Source of the DNA: Octopus sinensis
Lineage: Eukaryota
Direction of reading: 5' to 3'
Assembly: GCF_006345805.1 (NCBI RefSeq)
Contig: NC_043004.1
Span: forward strand, 47,244,001 to 47,308,000
DNA length: 64,000 bases
The translations under genes and the position numbers were made by a program. Shown here piece after piece: positions 21,791-35,642 of this stretch (its first letter is position 1; the number at the start of each line of letters is the position of its first letter). The notes below the pieces were generated by a model. It saw only the letters and a program-made list of their open reading frames with translations, ran no database searches and was not told the DNA's origin.

Positions 21791-22460
21791 ACAAGCAATG
21801 TAGTTACGTGTAAAACTTCAATAGATCAGAATAGTAACTATACTATCAATTAGAGTTTATCGCCACATTAAAGTGGCTGCTCCATGTTAGTACCTGTTTA
21901 ACCCAACTGGATATCATAAATATATATTGTTAGCAGGGAGAGCGAACCCCTAGCATCCTCTAGCAGACAAAAGGATCGCGCGACTGATTCACTTTCGAGA
22001 TGGTTGGCGCATCTCCAGCCGCAAGTACCTGGTCTCCAGAGAGATAGCCAGGTGGCGCTCTAGACATCAATATATCGTAAATAAAGCGAACAATGTTCAC
22101 TGATTTGCTACAAGTAAAGTAGCTAGTTGTAAAATCTCAAGGAGAGATCAGATTAGTAACTATATTAACAGCTAAAATTAATCACCACAAGAAAATGGCT
22201 GTTCAGATTACTACTTGTTTAACCCCAGGTCGATCTTCTCCCCCCAGGTCGATCTTCTCCCCCCAGGTGGTTATCGGTGCGGTGCTGCGCCCTGAGTATA
22301 CACATATATTGCTAGCAGGGGGGAGCAAACCCCTACCATCTCCTAGCAGACAACAGAATCACGAGACCAATTCAGTTTCAAGCCGTCTGATTCATATTCA
22401 GTCATGAGTACCTGGTTGCCAGTGAGATAGTCAGAGTCCGCTCTAGCCAGCAATATACTG
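21785..22460. repeat. Two diverged tandem units of ~320-370 bp
   Basis: Matching blocks in order in both units: AGATCAGA.TAGTAACTATA, TGGCTG.TC, TGTTTAACCC, TAGCAGGG.GAGC.AACCCCTA.CATC.CTAGCAGACAA, AGTACCTGGT..CCAG.GAGATAG.CAG, CGCTCTAG. Confidence 0.8.
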
Positions 22461-22669
22461 TAATGGAGAGGACCCTGTCTATCTCTCTTGGAAAATGTAT
22501 ATAGTTTGCAATAAAAATATTTATTCTCTAGTATTAAACGATGTAATGTTCCGACTTGGTATCGTATTTGGCTAGGATTATATTAAATAGATTTTCATTG
22601 GTTCTGGGGAAAATGTGTAAACATGTCATCATATTAGGAACGTAATTTACGTAATAAATATATATTTTT

Positions 22670-23530
22670 AGAATGCCCAAGAGGATAATCTGGATAATGA
22701 TCCTTTTATCAGAAACAGCTTCGTAAATTGGTGCACTCTCAACGGCGTTTGGATGCAAAACAATTGAAGTTGTATGGGAGAAAGAGTAACATGACATGGC
22801 GCACGAATGTCATCTGAATACTGGGAAAGAGTTAAATGCATCGTAATGATTTACGCCGGATGTCAAAATGCAGACAAAACGATAGCAATCTCAATGCTCT
22901 GTGAATAACGTAGACGGTGTAAGACTTGACATGGATGGTTGCAATGCAAATACCGAAGCCGTGGTCAGAAGGGAGGGACTCACCCGCTATGCTGACTGCG
23001 TCTGCACGCCGGAGTTCATCGAACATGTGCAGGATAATGTGAGCAAGAGAATTTAGGTTTTGGTGAGAGTGATGTGTGTTGTAGTTACTGCCATTAAGCA
23101 GTCCAGAATGAGGAACTGCGTACACATTTGAACAGAATCTTAGTGTCTATACAGCTATATTAAGCTGCTGAAGAGTCTGGTGAAACCCAGGTTGGATAGG
23201 AATGATTCTGAAAAGCCATATGCGTCAAAGAAGGATACGGTGCAGTACCATAACTCTGGAAGGAGGCAGAAGTACTTGTCGGAGTATTTCAACGACTTCG
23301 CCAGCCCCAATTCTTGTCCACCCAAACTCCTCAGTTGTAATCTCATAGATGTGGGAAGCGGTTGAGAAGACACCGACAGATCTATCTAAGACACCAAAGC
23401 CAAATTGGTATTGAAGTTCAAGGAACTGTTCTAAGACTTTCCGGATGACAAAGTTAAGATCGAACACGCCAGATTTCGGAGCTGCATTTTAGGAGTTAGG
23501 AGACAGAGTGTGGCGATTTTGAGTAACAAA
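22670..23530 (+). mobile_element. Decayed Tc1/mariner (maT/DDxD-type) transposase
   Basis: CTPEFIEHVQ; YIKLLKSLVKP...KPY..KKDTVQYHNS...YLSEYFNDFASPNSCPPK...NLID; ARFRS. Colinear with the YxxxL-VKPW / QQDxAPxH / WPPxSPDxNPxD catalytic region. Confidence 0.75.
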
Positions 23531-23792
23531 ATATTTCTAGATATGATGCTTTTGGATACGATATTGTGAATTCCTTTCCTTTTATACAAACTATCAAAGC
23601 ACCTCAAACACCCAGTATAAGTAAAATCGTATAATGCCGTATGTGTAATATAAAACAGAAAAAACGAAATACCAAGCGAGTTACATAGCTTCAAGTTGGC
23701 AGACATGTGAAATACAGCAATATGTACAGAAACTGACAACCCTTAGTCACAGTGCATGTAGTAGAAGCCATATGAGTATATGTATAAATATA

Positions 23793-23843
<51 letters not shown>

Positions 23844-25643
23844 ATATATATGTATATAGGTACGCACACACACACACATACACACATATACACACATACA
23901 CACACACACACACACATATATATATATGCCTTGGTATATCAAGTTTTATTTTAAATATCATGTTTCTGTCCTCATAATGTATATAGTAGGCTCACGATGC
24001 ATTTTTATGGCACAAACACAGTTTTATATCAGATCAAATACGTTTGAAACATACTTCGACCTGTAAAAAGTTGTTCTGTCACCTGTGAGCTAAAGCGCAA
24101 ATTGTCTTCGCGGCAGGGAAATTGGCTTTTTGCAGGTCAAAGATCTCTGAAACTTAATTCGATGGCTGCCTTGCCTGCCTACTATACATGTTATTCATGT
24201 TTGGCAGACGTTGTACACGATCAGTAGATATTTTTAACTCATTGTCTACAAGAAAGCGATGATTTCCAGACATTTCAAATTTCTCTCGCTAAGTACTCTG
24301 CACTGAGGAAAGCTAAAGTGTTCGGAATGCATTCATCGTTTCCCAGTAGGATGCTCTGATATGACCGTTTGTGTTTTGTCAACGCTAGTGTTCTTCACGG
24401 TAAACCCAATTGAAGATGGCCTTTTCACAAGTCAAATATGTCACAAACAATTTGAAATAATCTAAAATTTACAATCAACATATTCAAGAGATTCCCTTTC
24501 ACAAAATCTATGCTTTCATTGTATGCGACTACTATATAATTACAGATTTTCACCACAGGAAAAGGTAACATTATGCACCGAGTAAGAGCATTACACATTT
24601 CGTTCTTTACTTGTTGAGAACTTTTAATAATTCATGTCATATAGATATGCACACATGCACACTTCCAAGTTCATATGAGGCAACTGACCGCATAGAAAAT
24701 AATACCATAATAAATTTCTCCCAAATTTGAGGCATTTCTGATGTATACCTTGTCAATAATATAATAATACTACACCCTGATAATAAAGTGGCTACTCAGT
24801 ACGTTACATATATACGCATCAGCCACTTTTGTATCCAGCCTAATGTCTTGTGTTCACTGGTTAGAGGAAATACGAACCTCCCGATGCAGGCTGATAGTAG
24901 GAGTGTCCGTATAAACACGATATTGTCTCGAAAGAGACTTATGTGTATAACTGCATTTATAAATAATATATGGTGTATCAGAGATTTATTCTTTCGCCAT
25001 TAGTTTCTCTCTCGATTTCCTTTTCAACCCGGAGTACTTCGTAATTTTTGCAGGAACACTAACAATGTCCATTAGACAAATTTCAATAGATGAATTGAAA
25101 TATAAAACGTTAACTTTTTAATAAATATATCCACTTCCAAACACAAAAACACATATGTGTCTATGTATTCGTGGCCTAGAAATGAAGACATTGCACCGTT
25201 TTATGTTTTTCAGGAAACCACCTCATTTCCATGTTTATCCAATTTACTAAGCTAAAAACGAGGGCCAAATGAAATATAGCTCAGGGCTCTCGCTACTTCT
25301 CTCATATCAGAGGCTCCACTGGATGAAATGTGGACGAAGACAAGAGAAGGAAGTTTATCTATCTCCCTTGCAACAACATACGTATAAGCGTATATATAAA
25401 CTTGTAACTATATTTACATAGGATATATATGTGTGTGTGTGTATGTGTGTGTGCATATGCAAATATAAACACACGATCTCTCATATATCTTCGTATACAC
25501 ACAAACACACACATATATATACTTATAAACACATCCATACGGACGCCCAACACACACATGATAATATATATATATGTATGTATGTATATATGTATATATA
25601 CACACACACACATATATATATATATGCATGTATATATACATAT

Positions 25644-25806
<163 letters not shown>

Positions 25807-25921
25807 GTAGATGCATGTAAGGGAAGCCATACATGTAGCAACACTATAAAACTAAAGTTATTTCAAGTTTAAGTACCCCAACATTTCTTCTTTTTACTTT
25901 TCTCTTGTTTCTCACTTTCAG

Positions 25922-25994
25922 ATTATCTTAAATCTTCTAACGATACCAGCTATCTAACAGCAATAAGGTTTAACAGAGAGGAAAACTTGCCTAG
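25922..25994 (+). CDS. Candidate 73-nt exon (DYLKSSNDTSYLTAIRFNREENLP)
   Basis: Very long polypyrimidine acceptor ending CTCACTTTCAG at 25921, open frame, donor AG|GTATCA. Product not recognised. Confidence 0.35.
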
Positions 25995-26303
25995 GTATCA
26001 TCGAATTTATTTCCAATTTCCTTTAAAGACGAGGCCTGGATATAAATTTTGTCGTATGCATAACGTAATATATGTCGAAGTCACTCATGCCAGAATCGGT
26101 TATGAGCTTGTGGTGTTTCACATTAAATTACATCACAGCATGTATATTGAGGAATAATGGACAAGTGCATTAAGGATGCTTATATTTCGCTTTTCTAAGA
26201 TTCTGCGACGTACACAATGGGCTAAAAGCTTCCCCTATAATATGTATATATATGTATGTATGTATATATAGATAGATACATATAGATATATATATACATT
26301 TAC

Positions 26304-26376
<73 letters not shown>

Positions 26377-26527
26377 TATATATATATGTGTGTGTGTGTG
26401 TATGTAAATATATACATATATATGTATATATCTGTGTATTTATATTTTATAAACTTGAAGTTTACAAGCGTTCCCGTGGAATGACTTAAGAAAATCGTGT
26501 ATATATATATATATATATGCATGTGTG

Positions 26528-26584
<57 letters not shown>

Positions 26585-26609
26585 ATATGTATGTATGTAT
26601 ATATGTATG

Positions 26610-26666
<57 letters not shown>

Positions 26667-26899
26667 AAATACTCTCATTTCCCATTCAAGATGCGCAATT
26701 TCAGTTACATATTTTCTACGTATTTATCTATGTGTTTATGTATGTATATATGTATGTATGTATTTACGTATATTTGTTTCTTCTCTAATCATTTAAATTC
26801 TCTCTCTGTTGAAATAGATGCTTTCAAACAAAGATATAAATCTCCATCGTTGGAATATAGATAAAGAAAACAGTATCATATATGATTTGCAAACAACTT

Positions 26900-29700
26900 G
26901 CACACGCAATCGAGGGCTCCGCACAACGGAAGCCAGCTAGTGCATGCGGTCATCAGGAGAGAATGCGCTCCGTTTCGTGGCTTACCTGTCGACAGCATAA
27001 ATGTGCACCGGCACCCCTCACTAACAAGAGTCCCCGCTTGCTAGATCAACTGGTTATTAAATAATGTTCAATATTCTTCTAGTCATCGTTCATCGTCCCT
27101 TCTTAACCACATCCAGTGGATAGCCTTTCCTACTGCAGCTTGGATATCGATGATAGTGATATTTACTTTACGATGAGTTAGGCCTAACGATAGCAAGTCA
27201 TCTCACACTGTATCCAACAAACCCTCTACATCCTACTTCGATTAGAAAATGCTCCACCTTCCGACCTGCGTCTTCACATTCTTCGAGGAGGTTTACATTA
27301 CGGTCAAACATTCGAGCCCGAGTGGCGTCCATGATGTCTTCATGAGGAACTGATAACTCGATTAGATTCACAACTTTGTTTCTTTCACACCACATTAAAA
27401 TGTCCAGTTTTTTCGTAACTGAGATCGGAAAGTGCCCCTGTACCCCGGAAAGCTGCAGTCACCCCACCAATAGCCGTTCCACTTTTCATTGCTTACATGA
27501 AGTTTGTTGTTCTTCTTGAAACGGATCCACTGTCCTGAGCGCACGAAGGTAATAAAAACCTCTAGTTGATACTTTCAACGGGTTATTTCACTTTTGTTGA
27601 GATCAATTCGGTTCTTTATAGCGTTGAAGATAACCTTAAGGAGCAGGTTGTGTCTCCATGTATACCTGTTCAATGCTAGTGAACAGCTGGAAAGAATATG
27701 TTTCCGTCTTCCAACCTTTCCGCATTTGCGTATATCATTCTCTGAGATGTTCCATCTTATTAGATTTGTTCAATGATTTGAACTCGTGAGAATACTACCT
27801 CGTATATTAAAAGTGGCCACGAAAGTCGCGGATACAAGCTTGACTGTAAACTCCAAATTTTATATTTATCTGGTAACTTTGAGTTATCAATCGCTGATAA
27901 TCCGACCTCGGCTTGTTTCATGATTTCCATTCCGCGTCTCCTATCTGACAATGTTCCAGTTCCAAGCTCTTGACAGTTTTTTCTTTGACTGTTGGAATGC
28001 TTTTCCTCAGCTCTTCGAAATTTAACTTTTTTCTGCACTCCCTTAACAAATGTCAGACTACGCGACTTTATTGCTCTAAACTGCATCCTTGACCACCTCA
28101 CAAGCTCGTCGAGCCTCAAGAAGGCTCTCTGCATGATTTGCTTCTCTGTTGATAGAAGTGTCACGTAATCCATGAAGGTTTCTTAGACGATTGTACATAG
28201 GCGATTTCTTCCGAAAAATCCACAGCTTTCAAAACCATCTAAATAACTAAGATAAACATTTTGACAGATATTCTGCAGCCAACAGCAATGCCAATCTCCA
28301 ATCGGTGCCACTTTGCTGTAAAATCTCCAGTTGTAAACCTCATCTCGAAACTGTCATAATATATTCTCATTATTTTATTTACTTTGTCTGAAATATGGAA
28401 GTGGGCCATGGCTCCCATCAGTAATTTGTGGGGCACTGCTCAATTTGCATTAGCTAGGACAAGCTGTTTGGCACCTTGGATCGCTTTTCAAATCAAAAAC
28501 AGACATTAAACAGTGTTCAACACATCCAGGGATCCCAGGGAGTCCGACCTTTTGAACAGATTCATCGACATATCTATTACTCTATAAATGTGTCAATGTT
28601 CTCCTCGAGAGAATTCTCATAAATAAGTTGCTTTCAATAAGGATATCGGCCTAAACTGTTTTATAGTCTTTGCATTGTCTTCCTCCGGCAGGTATATGCC
28701 TTCTACCTCACACCACTCCTATACTAGAGTCTTTTTGCGCTAGAAGTGTCGGAGTAGGACAAAGAGCTTCTTTCGCAGACGATTGCAATATATGAATACT
28801 TTATACCAGACGTCATCACCTCCTGGGGTACACTTTGCTCTAGCTTTTCTCACGAAATTATTCACCTCTTTCGCCCTGATGTCCCCTATTTCAAATTCAA
28901 TATCGGTTTCTCTTTTTGTTTATTAGACATTTAGTGACGATGCCTGGCTGAGTGGTTAAGGTGTTAGGCTTATGATCGTAGGGTCGTGAGTTCAATTCCA
29001 AGCGACGCTTTGTATCTTTCAACACGACACTGAATTTCACTCACCGGACAAAAACAAGTCGTACATGTATTTCAAATGCTTACCCTTGTCATTCTTTGAC
29101 ATGCTGTATCTCCATAAGAACTTCGTTAAGGTTACACGTGTCTGTGGAGTGTTCATCGACTTGCGCGTTAACTGCATGAGCAGGCTGTTCCGTTGATCAC
29201 CTCAACTGGAAACCTCATCGTAACTGACGTAGTGCCAGTAGGTTTATAAAGCATTTAAAAGCATTGCTCTTGGATTGCAAATGCATAAACTTCAATGTGT
29301 GATGTTCAATAGCTATCATGACCCCAAAAGTGTATTCGCTTCAAGTCAAAAATGCTCTCTTCTTCAAGTCTTCGGACACGGATTTTGCTTTGTTATTATG
29401 AGCGTTTTACATCCAGGTCTTCTTTGAGGTAAGCCTGGCCGGATTTTGAAGAACATCATCAGGTCATCAGGAAGAGAGTGTTTCCATGAGAGGACGCTGC
29501 TGACATATAGGATATTGTTTTCTTTACTTTTGAGTGCAAAATTAATGTATTTATTTTCGCTGATTTTTTTTTACAAACTTCTGTTTAAGAGAGTCTATAC
29601 TGCATTGCAAGGCTGTCAGCAACGATCCCAAACCTCTAATTCCTTTATCTCCTCTTCGTTAGAGCCTGTCGATATCGACATTTCTATGGAGCTTCTTGTA
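26900..29700 (-). mobile_element. Decayed HERO-like (restriction-like endonuclease) non-LTR retrotransposon, interrupted by a SINE
   Basis: IELSVPHED...IEVGCRGFVG endonuclease; MQFRAIKSRSL..IDNSKLPDKYKIW..YPRLSWPLLIYEV; EVNNFVRKARAKCTPGGD; ends WMWLRRD. Many stops and deletions. Confidence 0.8.
28935..29240 (+). mobile_element. tRNA-derived SINE inserted into the HERO-like element
   Basis: TGGCTGAGTGGTTAAGG A box, GAGTTCAATTCC B box, 3' body shared with 6360-6742. Confidence 0.8.
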
Positions 29701-30657
29701 TATGTATGTATGCATATATGTATATATTTATGTATGTAAGTATGTAAATATACATGTAGGCCTCTCTGTATTTATACAAGTATGAATATATGTATGTGAG
29801 TATATTTATATGCATGTATGCCTCTCTGTATGTATGCATGTATGTATATATGTATGTATGAATGGTCGTATGTATATCTGTCTGACTGACTGTATGTTTG
29901 TCACTCTCTCTCTCTCTCTCTTCTCTCTCTCTTTCTGTATGTATGGATATTTTTGTGAATAAGTCAAAAACCAAACTGCTTATATATGGGGAACTAAAAA
30001 GAAATTACCAAACACGGCAATGAGAGGGTTTTTTTCGCAAGCTGTTTGTAATGTGCAATAGTCATAAACTTTGTAAGATAAAAAAATATGTTAATGCTTT
30101 TGTATACAGATCAGAGCCTCTTTAGAATGTGCGCACACACAGAATATGATTGACAGAAGTAAGACAGGCTAATGATGGTAAGTATAGCTAGAATATAAAC
30201 AAACAACAATTAGAAATAAATATTTATGAAAAAAAACAGTGTATGCATGAGATTGCGTCTGTGTGTGTGTTTGCCTGCGTGTAGGATCAGGAATATATGT
30301 GCATTTGTGTGTGTTAGTGATTTGTTTTCTTTTTGTTCCTGCTGTGTGACTGATTGAATCTACTTAACTATTACTATTGCCATCATCATGCTTAAAATAA
30401 GAACGAAACAAAAGAAAAACAATAACTATGGCAATATAGAAAAGAGGAAAACAAAATGTAACACAAAATAATTAAATAAAAGATTTAAAGAGTAGGTACG
30501 AAAGTAGTGTCATCAATAACAAAATACTCACTAAGAAGCAAAACCAAACACACGCATATACACGCATGTATATGTATATGTATATATATGTATATACATA
30601 TATATGTATATGTATATATGTGCATATATATATATGTATATATGTATATAAATATGA

Positions 30658-30707
<50 letters not shown>

Positions 30708-30889
30708 TGTATATATATATAATATATATACATATATATGTATATATGTATATGTATATATGTATATATATATATATGTATATACATATATATGTATATA
30801 TGTATATATGTATATATATGTATATACATATATATGTATATGTATATATGTGTATATATATATGTAAGTATGTATGCATGTTCGTATGT

Positions 30890-30920
<31 letters not shown>

Positions 30921-32172
30921 CAAAGGTAGAATTACGAAAGCACATTGCAAACAAGCAAACAAAACAAAAAAATATGTATAAATAAACAGCATCAACTGTG
31001 AAGGCAATGCAATATCCCGTGTTGTTCATATTTTTCGAAAAATATATTTGACTCGATGGTTGTGGGATGAAAGCTCGAAAAGTAATAATAAAAATAGAAA
31101 TTATTTTTAAAAAAATCAACAATAACTAACACTTTTTTTTTTAAATGCTACATTTTTTTTTTCTCGAAGATTCTAAAGTGCGCATCGTCAGATTTGAATA
31201 GCGTGCCATTGATTCTAGATAAAAGAAACCACATACACGATAGCCAACTGTCAAACTAATAGCACAGACACATTAAACTTAATTCTTTTAAACATGTAGC
31301 TATATTTCAAATCGATAAATCGACATGTATTTTATCAGTTATTGCCTGAAATCTGAGATAAGACCTTTGAAAACAAAAAAAGAAATTCCAAGCTCAAAAA
31401 TATTATTGCTGTATACAGAAGATGAAAAAAATAATCAAAAAGAAGAAAGAAATGAAAAGGACAGAAAAGTACAGAAAAAAATAGAAAAAGCGATAACAAA
31501 CTGATATCGGCTGTATTCAACATCAACAGCTAGAATAACAGCCACAACAACAGAAACAGCAAGGCATCTATATCACCAATTACATCAAGCAATTTTTAAA
31601 AATAGACATCAGCGAATCGACAAGAAGAATAATAAAATGAAGCGATTTATTTTTATATGTGAGAAACATATAAAGAAAAGAAAACAAACTCAGCTTTAAT
31701 TGATGCTCATACATAAACACGTATATATGCTCGCACACACGCTCAAATGTATATACAACCTATTTAAGTATGCGTGTATTAGCTATAACCACATAGAAGA
31801 AACTAAAACATGTATGTATTCGCATAGAGCACATGTATGTCTCTATACAAACACACACAAATATACATGCGTAAATATAAGCATACATATATATCCACAA
31901 ATACATATGCTTCTAAATGTATATGTACATATGAAAATTTTAAAGTATATATATATGTATTATATATCATATATATCATTATAAATACATATACACACAT
32001 AGACTCCAACACACATCCTTGCATGCATATATGTGTGTATATATGTATGTATGTATATATTTATATATGTGAGTGTGTTTATATGTGTGTGTGTGAAATA
32101 GGTATATCTATGTATGTGTGTATATATATATGTATTTATATATATTCATATGTATATTTATGTGTGTATATA

Positions 32173-32225
<53 letters not shown>

Positions 32226-32885
32226 CATGCATACAGACAGACGCACAGATATATATATATATATATACATAGGTGAACAAAACGACTAAAATTCACTCAA
32301 AGTTTCACACCATGTGCTCGATAGCTTTTTATATTAAATCTATTACGTCTATGTTCAAAGGAGACTTACTTCGAAATGATGGTCGTAAAATCTCAATAAA
32401 CGTTCTCAAATATGGTATTTTGGATTGTTCTTGATACTAAATGGATCAATTTCCTCTCGGTGTACATTTTATTGCACTCATACTGTGACGTTAGATTTAA
32501 TCATATCGTTACAAAATGCGTTGAATACATCTCATGCTAGGATGTTAATGGGATAAAATGTAACGACAGATGCAAGTGTTGGAAACTGTCAGATGTTCAA
32601 TGAGTAAATGCGTAACTAGTTATTGATGCACCTAGATATAGATAGTGAGGGAAAGTTTGAGGGATGCTGAAATAGAAAAGAACAGTGTCGACGCTTAGTT
32701 AAACACTAAGTATTACTAACAAAATGTTTTAGTGGTAAATATAAGACTACGCCGTAGCTGGCTCAATCTCGATAGACTTTCTGTGGTTCGAATCCCAACG
32801 TCAACAACCTGATACTTTCATCCTACTTGACTATACGTCACCAAGCAGTAAAGAAGTAAGGTCAGTTTAACCAACGATAACACAG

Positions 32886-33196
32886 TGGAGCCACATGGTC
32901 TAGTGGGTAAAGCAGCGGACTCGTAGTCAAGAGATCGTGGGTTCGAATCTCAGACCGGGCGATATGTGTGTTTATGAGCGAAACAGCTAAGCTCCACGCA
33001 GCTCCGGCAGAAGGTAATGGCGAAAGTTCTGCTGATTCTTTCGACACAACTTTCTTTCACTCTTTCCTCCTGTATCTTGCAGCTCACCTGCGACGGACCG
33101 GCGTCCCGTCCAGGTGGGGAATCTATACGCCAAGAAACCGGGAACTGGCCCTTATGAGCCAGGCATGGCTCGAGAAGGAACAATCATCATCATCAT
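32886..33196 (+). mobile_element. tRNA-derived SINE with (ATC)n tail
   Basis: TGGTCTAGTGG..GGTTCGAATCTCAGACCGGGCG head like 6742, different 3' part CCTGCGACGGACCGGCGTCCCGTCCAGG..GGCTCGAGAAGGAAC, tail (ATC)5. Confidence 0.85.
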
Positions 33197-33249
33197 CAAC
33201 GATATCACTAACAATGCACATCGACAATTTTTATTACATTAGAAATTAA

Positions 33250-33880
33250 AATTCGAGTGAATATAATGAGAAAATATATTGAGAGAGTTATTTACCCCAG
33301 AGACAAGGAGGCATTCAACACAATCTTCCAAAATCTACCAAAACTACATAAGGAATCCAAACTGAAAAGAATTCTACGTTACCTTAAAATAAAATAAAAA
33401 CGACAAACAGCCCATGTCACGAAAGGAACTATTAACAAATGCAAAATTACTCTCAACTACAACCAACGCAAAAGTGAAAAAGTGTAATTGCTCCAATTAT
33501 GGAATAAGCCCCAAACTTTTCGTAGGGTTGGAATACCATTTCAAAAAAGGGCAACATTTTACAATTAAATCAGATTTCACTTGTGCGTCCGAAAATCTAA
33601 TTTATGTGATCAGATGCTCGGGCTGGCAGAAAGATTATGGCAGAAATACGGGAATTTCAATCCGTCGCTGCTGTACGGTGCACCGTCAACAAATAGCTTC
33701 ACCACAATATTGCCATATATATCTCAGCGAACATATTGACGTATGTGCTAAACAATTGCAACCACAATTCTATATATTCTCTGTACAAATTTGCTGACTG
33801 AACCTCAACGCAAGCTCGTCTAAATAAAGAAGCCTAATTCATCCCAAAAATATAAACCAGAACTGAACATCAATTCATTT
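33250..33880 (+). mobile_element. Decayed Neptune-like PLE thumb + GIY-YIG fragment
   Basis: KRQ..SRKELLTNAKL, then FTIKSDFTCASENLIYVIRC..HRQQIASPQY..LSEHIDVC. Confidence 0.75.
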
Positions 33881-34199
33881 TAGTAACAACCAACCCCCAC
33901 GGCAACAGAACAACAATCAATTCTTCTCTCCACCCTTGAAATATTTGTAAATAACCCCTAAAACTTTGGTATATATTTCACAAATCTGTATATATTAAGA
34001 ATATCAATCCAAAAGCCCTAGCAATACTTTGAAAGTAACTTTCAGATAAATTGAAGAGTTATATTCCAAACCATATAACCTTCCGAATAATTGAAGTCTT
34101 ACTTCCTTTGTAATACAAATCTTTGTTTCATTATGATCTTAATATTAACATAAATTTTATCATACCAACCTCCTGTGCATTTTTACATATATTTCTTTG

Positions 34200-34238
<39 letters not shown>

Positions 34239-34244
34239 AAAGAA

Positions 34245-34426
<182 letters not shown>

Positions 34427-34431
34427 GCATG

Positions 34432-34768
34432 TGAAGGCACATGGCTCAGTGGTTAGAGCGTCGAGCTTACGATCGTGAGGTTGTGAGCTCGAATCCCGGA
34501 CCGGGCTGCGTGTTGTGTTCTTGAGTAAGGCACTTTATTTCACGTTGCTCCAGTTCACTCAGCTGTAGAAATGAGTTGCGACGTCACAGGTGCCAAGCTG
34601 TATCGACCTTTGTCTTTCCCTTGGATAACACTGGTGGCGTGGAGAGGGGAGGCTGGTATGCATGAGCGACTGCTGGTCTTCCATAAACAACCTTGCCCGG
34701 ACTTGTGTCTAGGAGGGTAACTTTCTAGGTGCAATCCCATGGTCACTCATGACCGAAGGGGTTCTTTA
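34432..34768 (+). mobile_element. tRNA-derived SINE (AGGCACATGGCTCAGTGG head)
   Basis: A box TGGCTCAGTGG, B box GCTCGAATCCC, followed by GTGTTCTTGAGTAAGGCACTTTAT..CTCAGCTGTAGAAATGAG. Confidence 0.85.
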
Positions 34769-35358
34769 TATGTACACGTATGTATACACATGTATGCATA
34801 TATATATATATATATATAGACCCCACACTGCAAAGATCATATCACAAAAGACTGAAAAGCTTGGTTCGGAAAAAATTCTCCTCCATCTTATTCTCCCGAC
34901 CTTGCACATTCAGGCAACTATTTGTTTTGTAGTTTACAGAATCATTTGGGGGAAGGGGAGGGGACATAACTTTCGCATGCCAAGGGAAGGTCGAAACTGA
35001 CATTTCAGAGTTCTTATCGTTGAAACCAAAAGAGTTTTAAATCGCTGGTATTTAAAAGTTTGTAAATAGATAGCAGGAAATCATAGATAATCAGGGAAAG
35101 TACATTGATTAAGACATTTGACGCATAAAAAAGATTTCCATTCGGAACGATAACGTACAATATCATCGTCAAGCCAACAGGTACTAAAATAAATCTAATT
35201 ATACTTTCCCAACTGAAATTACAATTATGAAACACCTGGCAAGTGAAAAAAAACCTTAACTAATGATTACAGTAAATATCAGACTTTTTTCAGGAGAAAA
35301 TGTATGTGAACTCATCTATATGTATGTACAATAAATATGTACATTGCATTCGATACAG

Positions 35359-35415
<57 letters not shown>

Positions 35416-35424
35416 CATATATAT

Positions 35425-35642
35425 AAAGTTAATCCAAACGTGAAAACACAAAGAGAAAACGCAACAATGCGAGGACATGGAACAAGTATAGTGTTATTGG
35501 ACGCACAGAAAAGGAAAGAAAGAAGGGGATTTTAACGTTTCGAGCGGAGCTCATCGTCAGAAACATAGAAAAAGGAAAGATCCAAGGAAGGGAAGATGGA
35601 GGAAAAGATCGCCAACGATACACACGCGGTCACATTTTGAAT
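35425..35642 (-). mobile_element. PLE 3'-end fragment with canonical-core minimal hammerhead (35530-35565)
   Basis: UUU-CUGACGA-U-GAGC-UCC-GCUC-GAAA-CGU-U-AAA: intact core, 4-bp stem II, ACGU palindromic stem III, only 3-bp stem I. The 3' end abuts (TA)n. Confidence 0.75.

Noticed and set aside
24545-24566. Possible 6- or 19-nt plus-strand microexon ending GAAAAG|GTAAC
   Set aside because: The acceptor is weak and no neighbouring exon gives a coherent reading frame.
26930-27000. CTGATGA and GAAAC in the HERO-like 3' UTR (minus)
   Set aside because: The order and pairing do not give a hammerhead: the CCGCA/TGCGG stem is not followed by GAAA and there is no stem I/III closure.
32420-32600. 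Cys-rich remnant (GIKCNDRCKC) like a CXC-type transposase C-terminus
   Set aside because: It is only a short motif among stops, with no supporting catalytic domain or termini.
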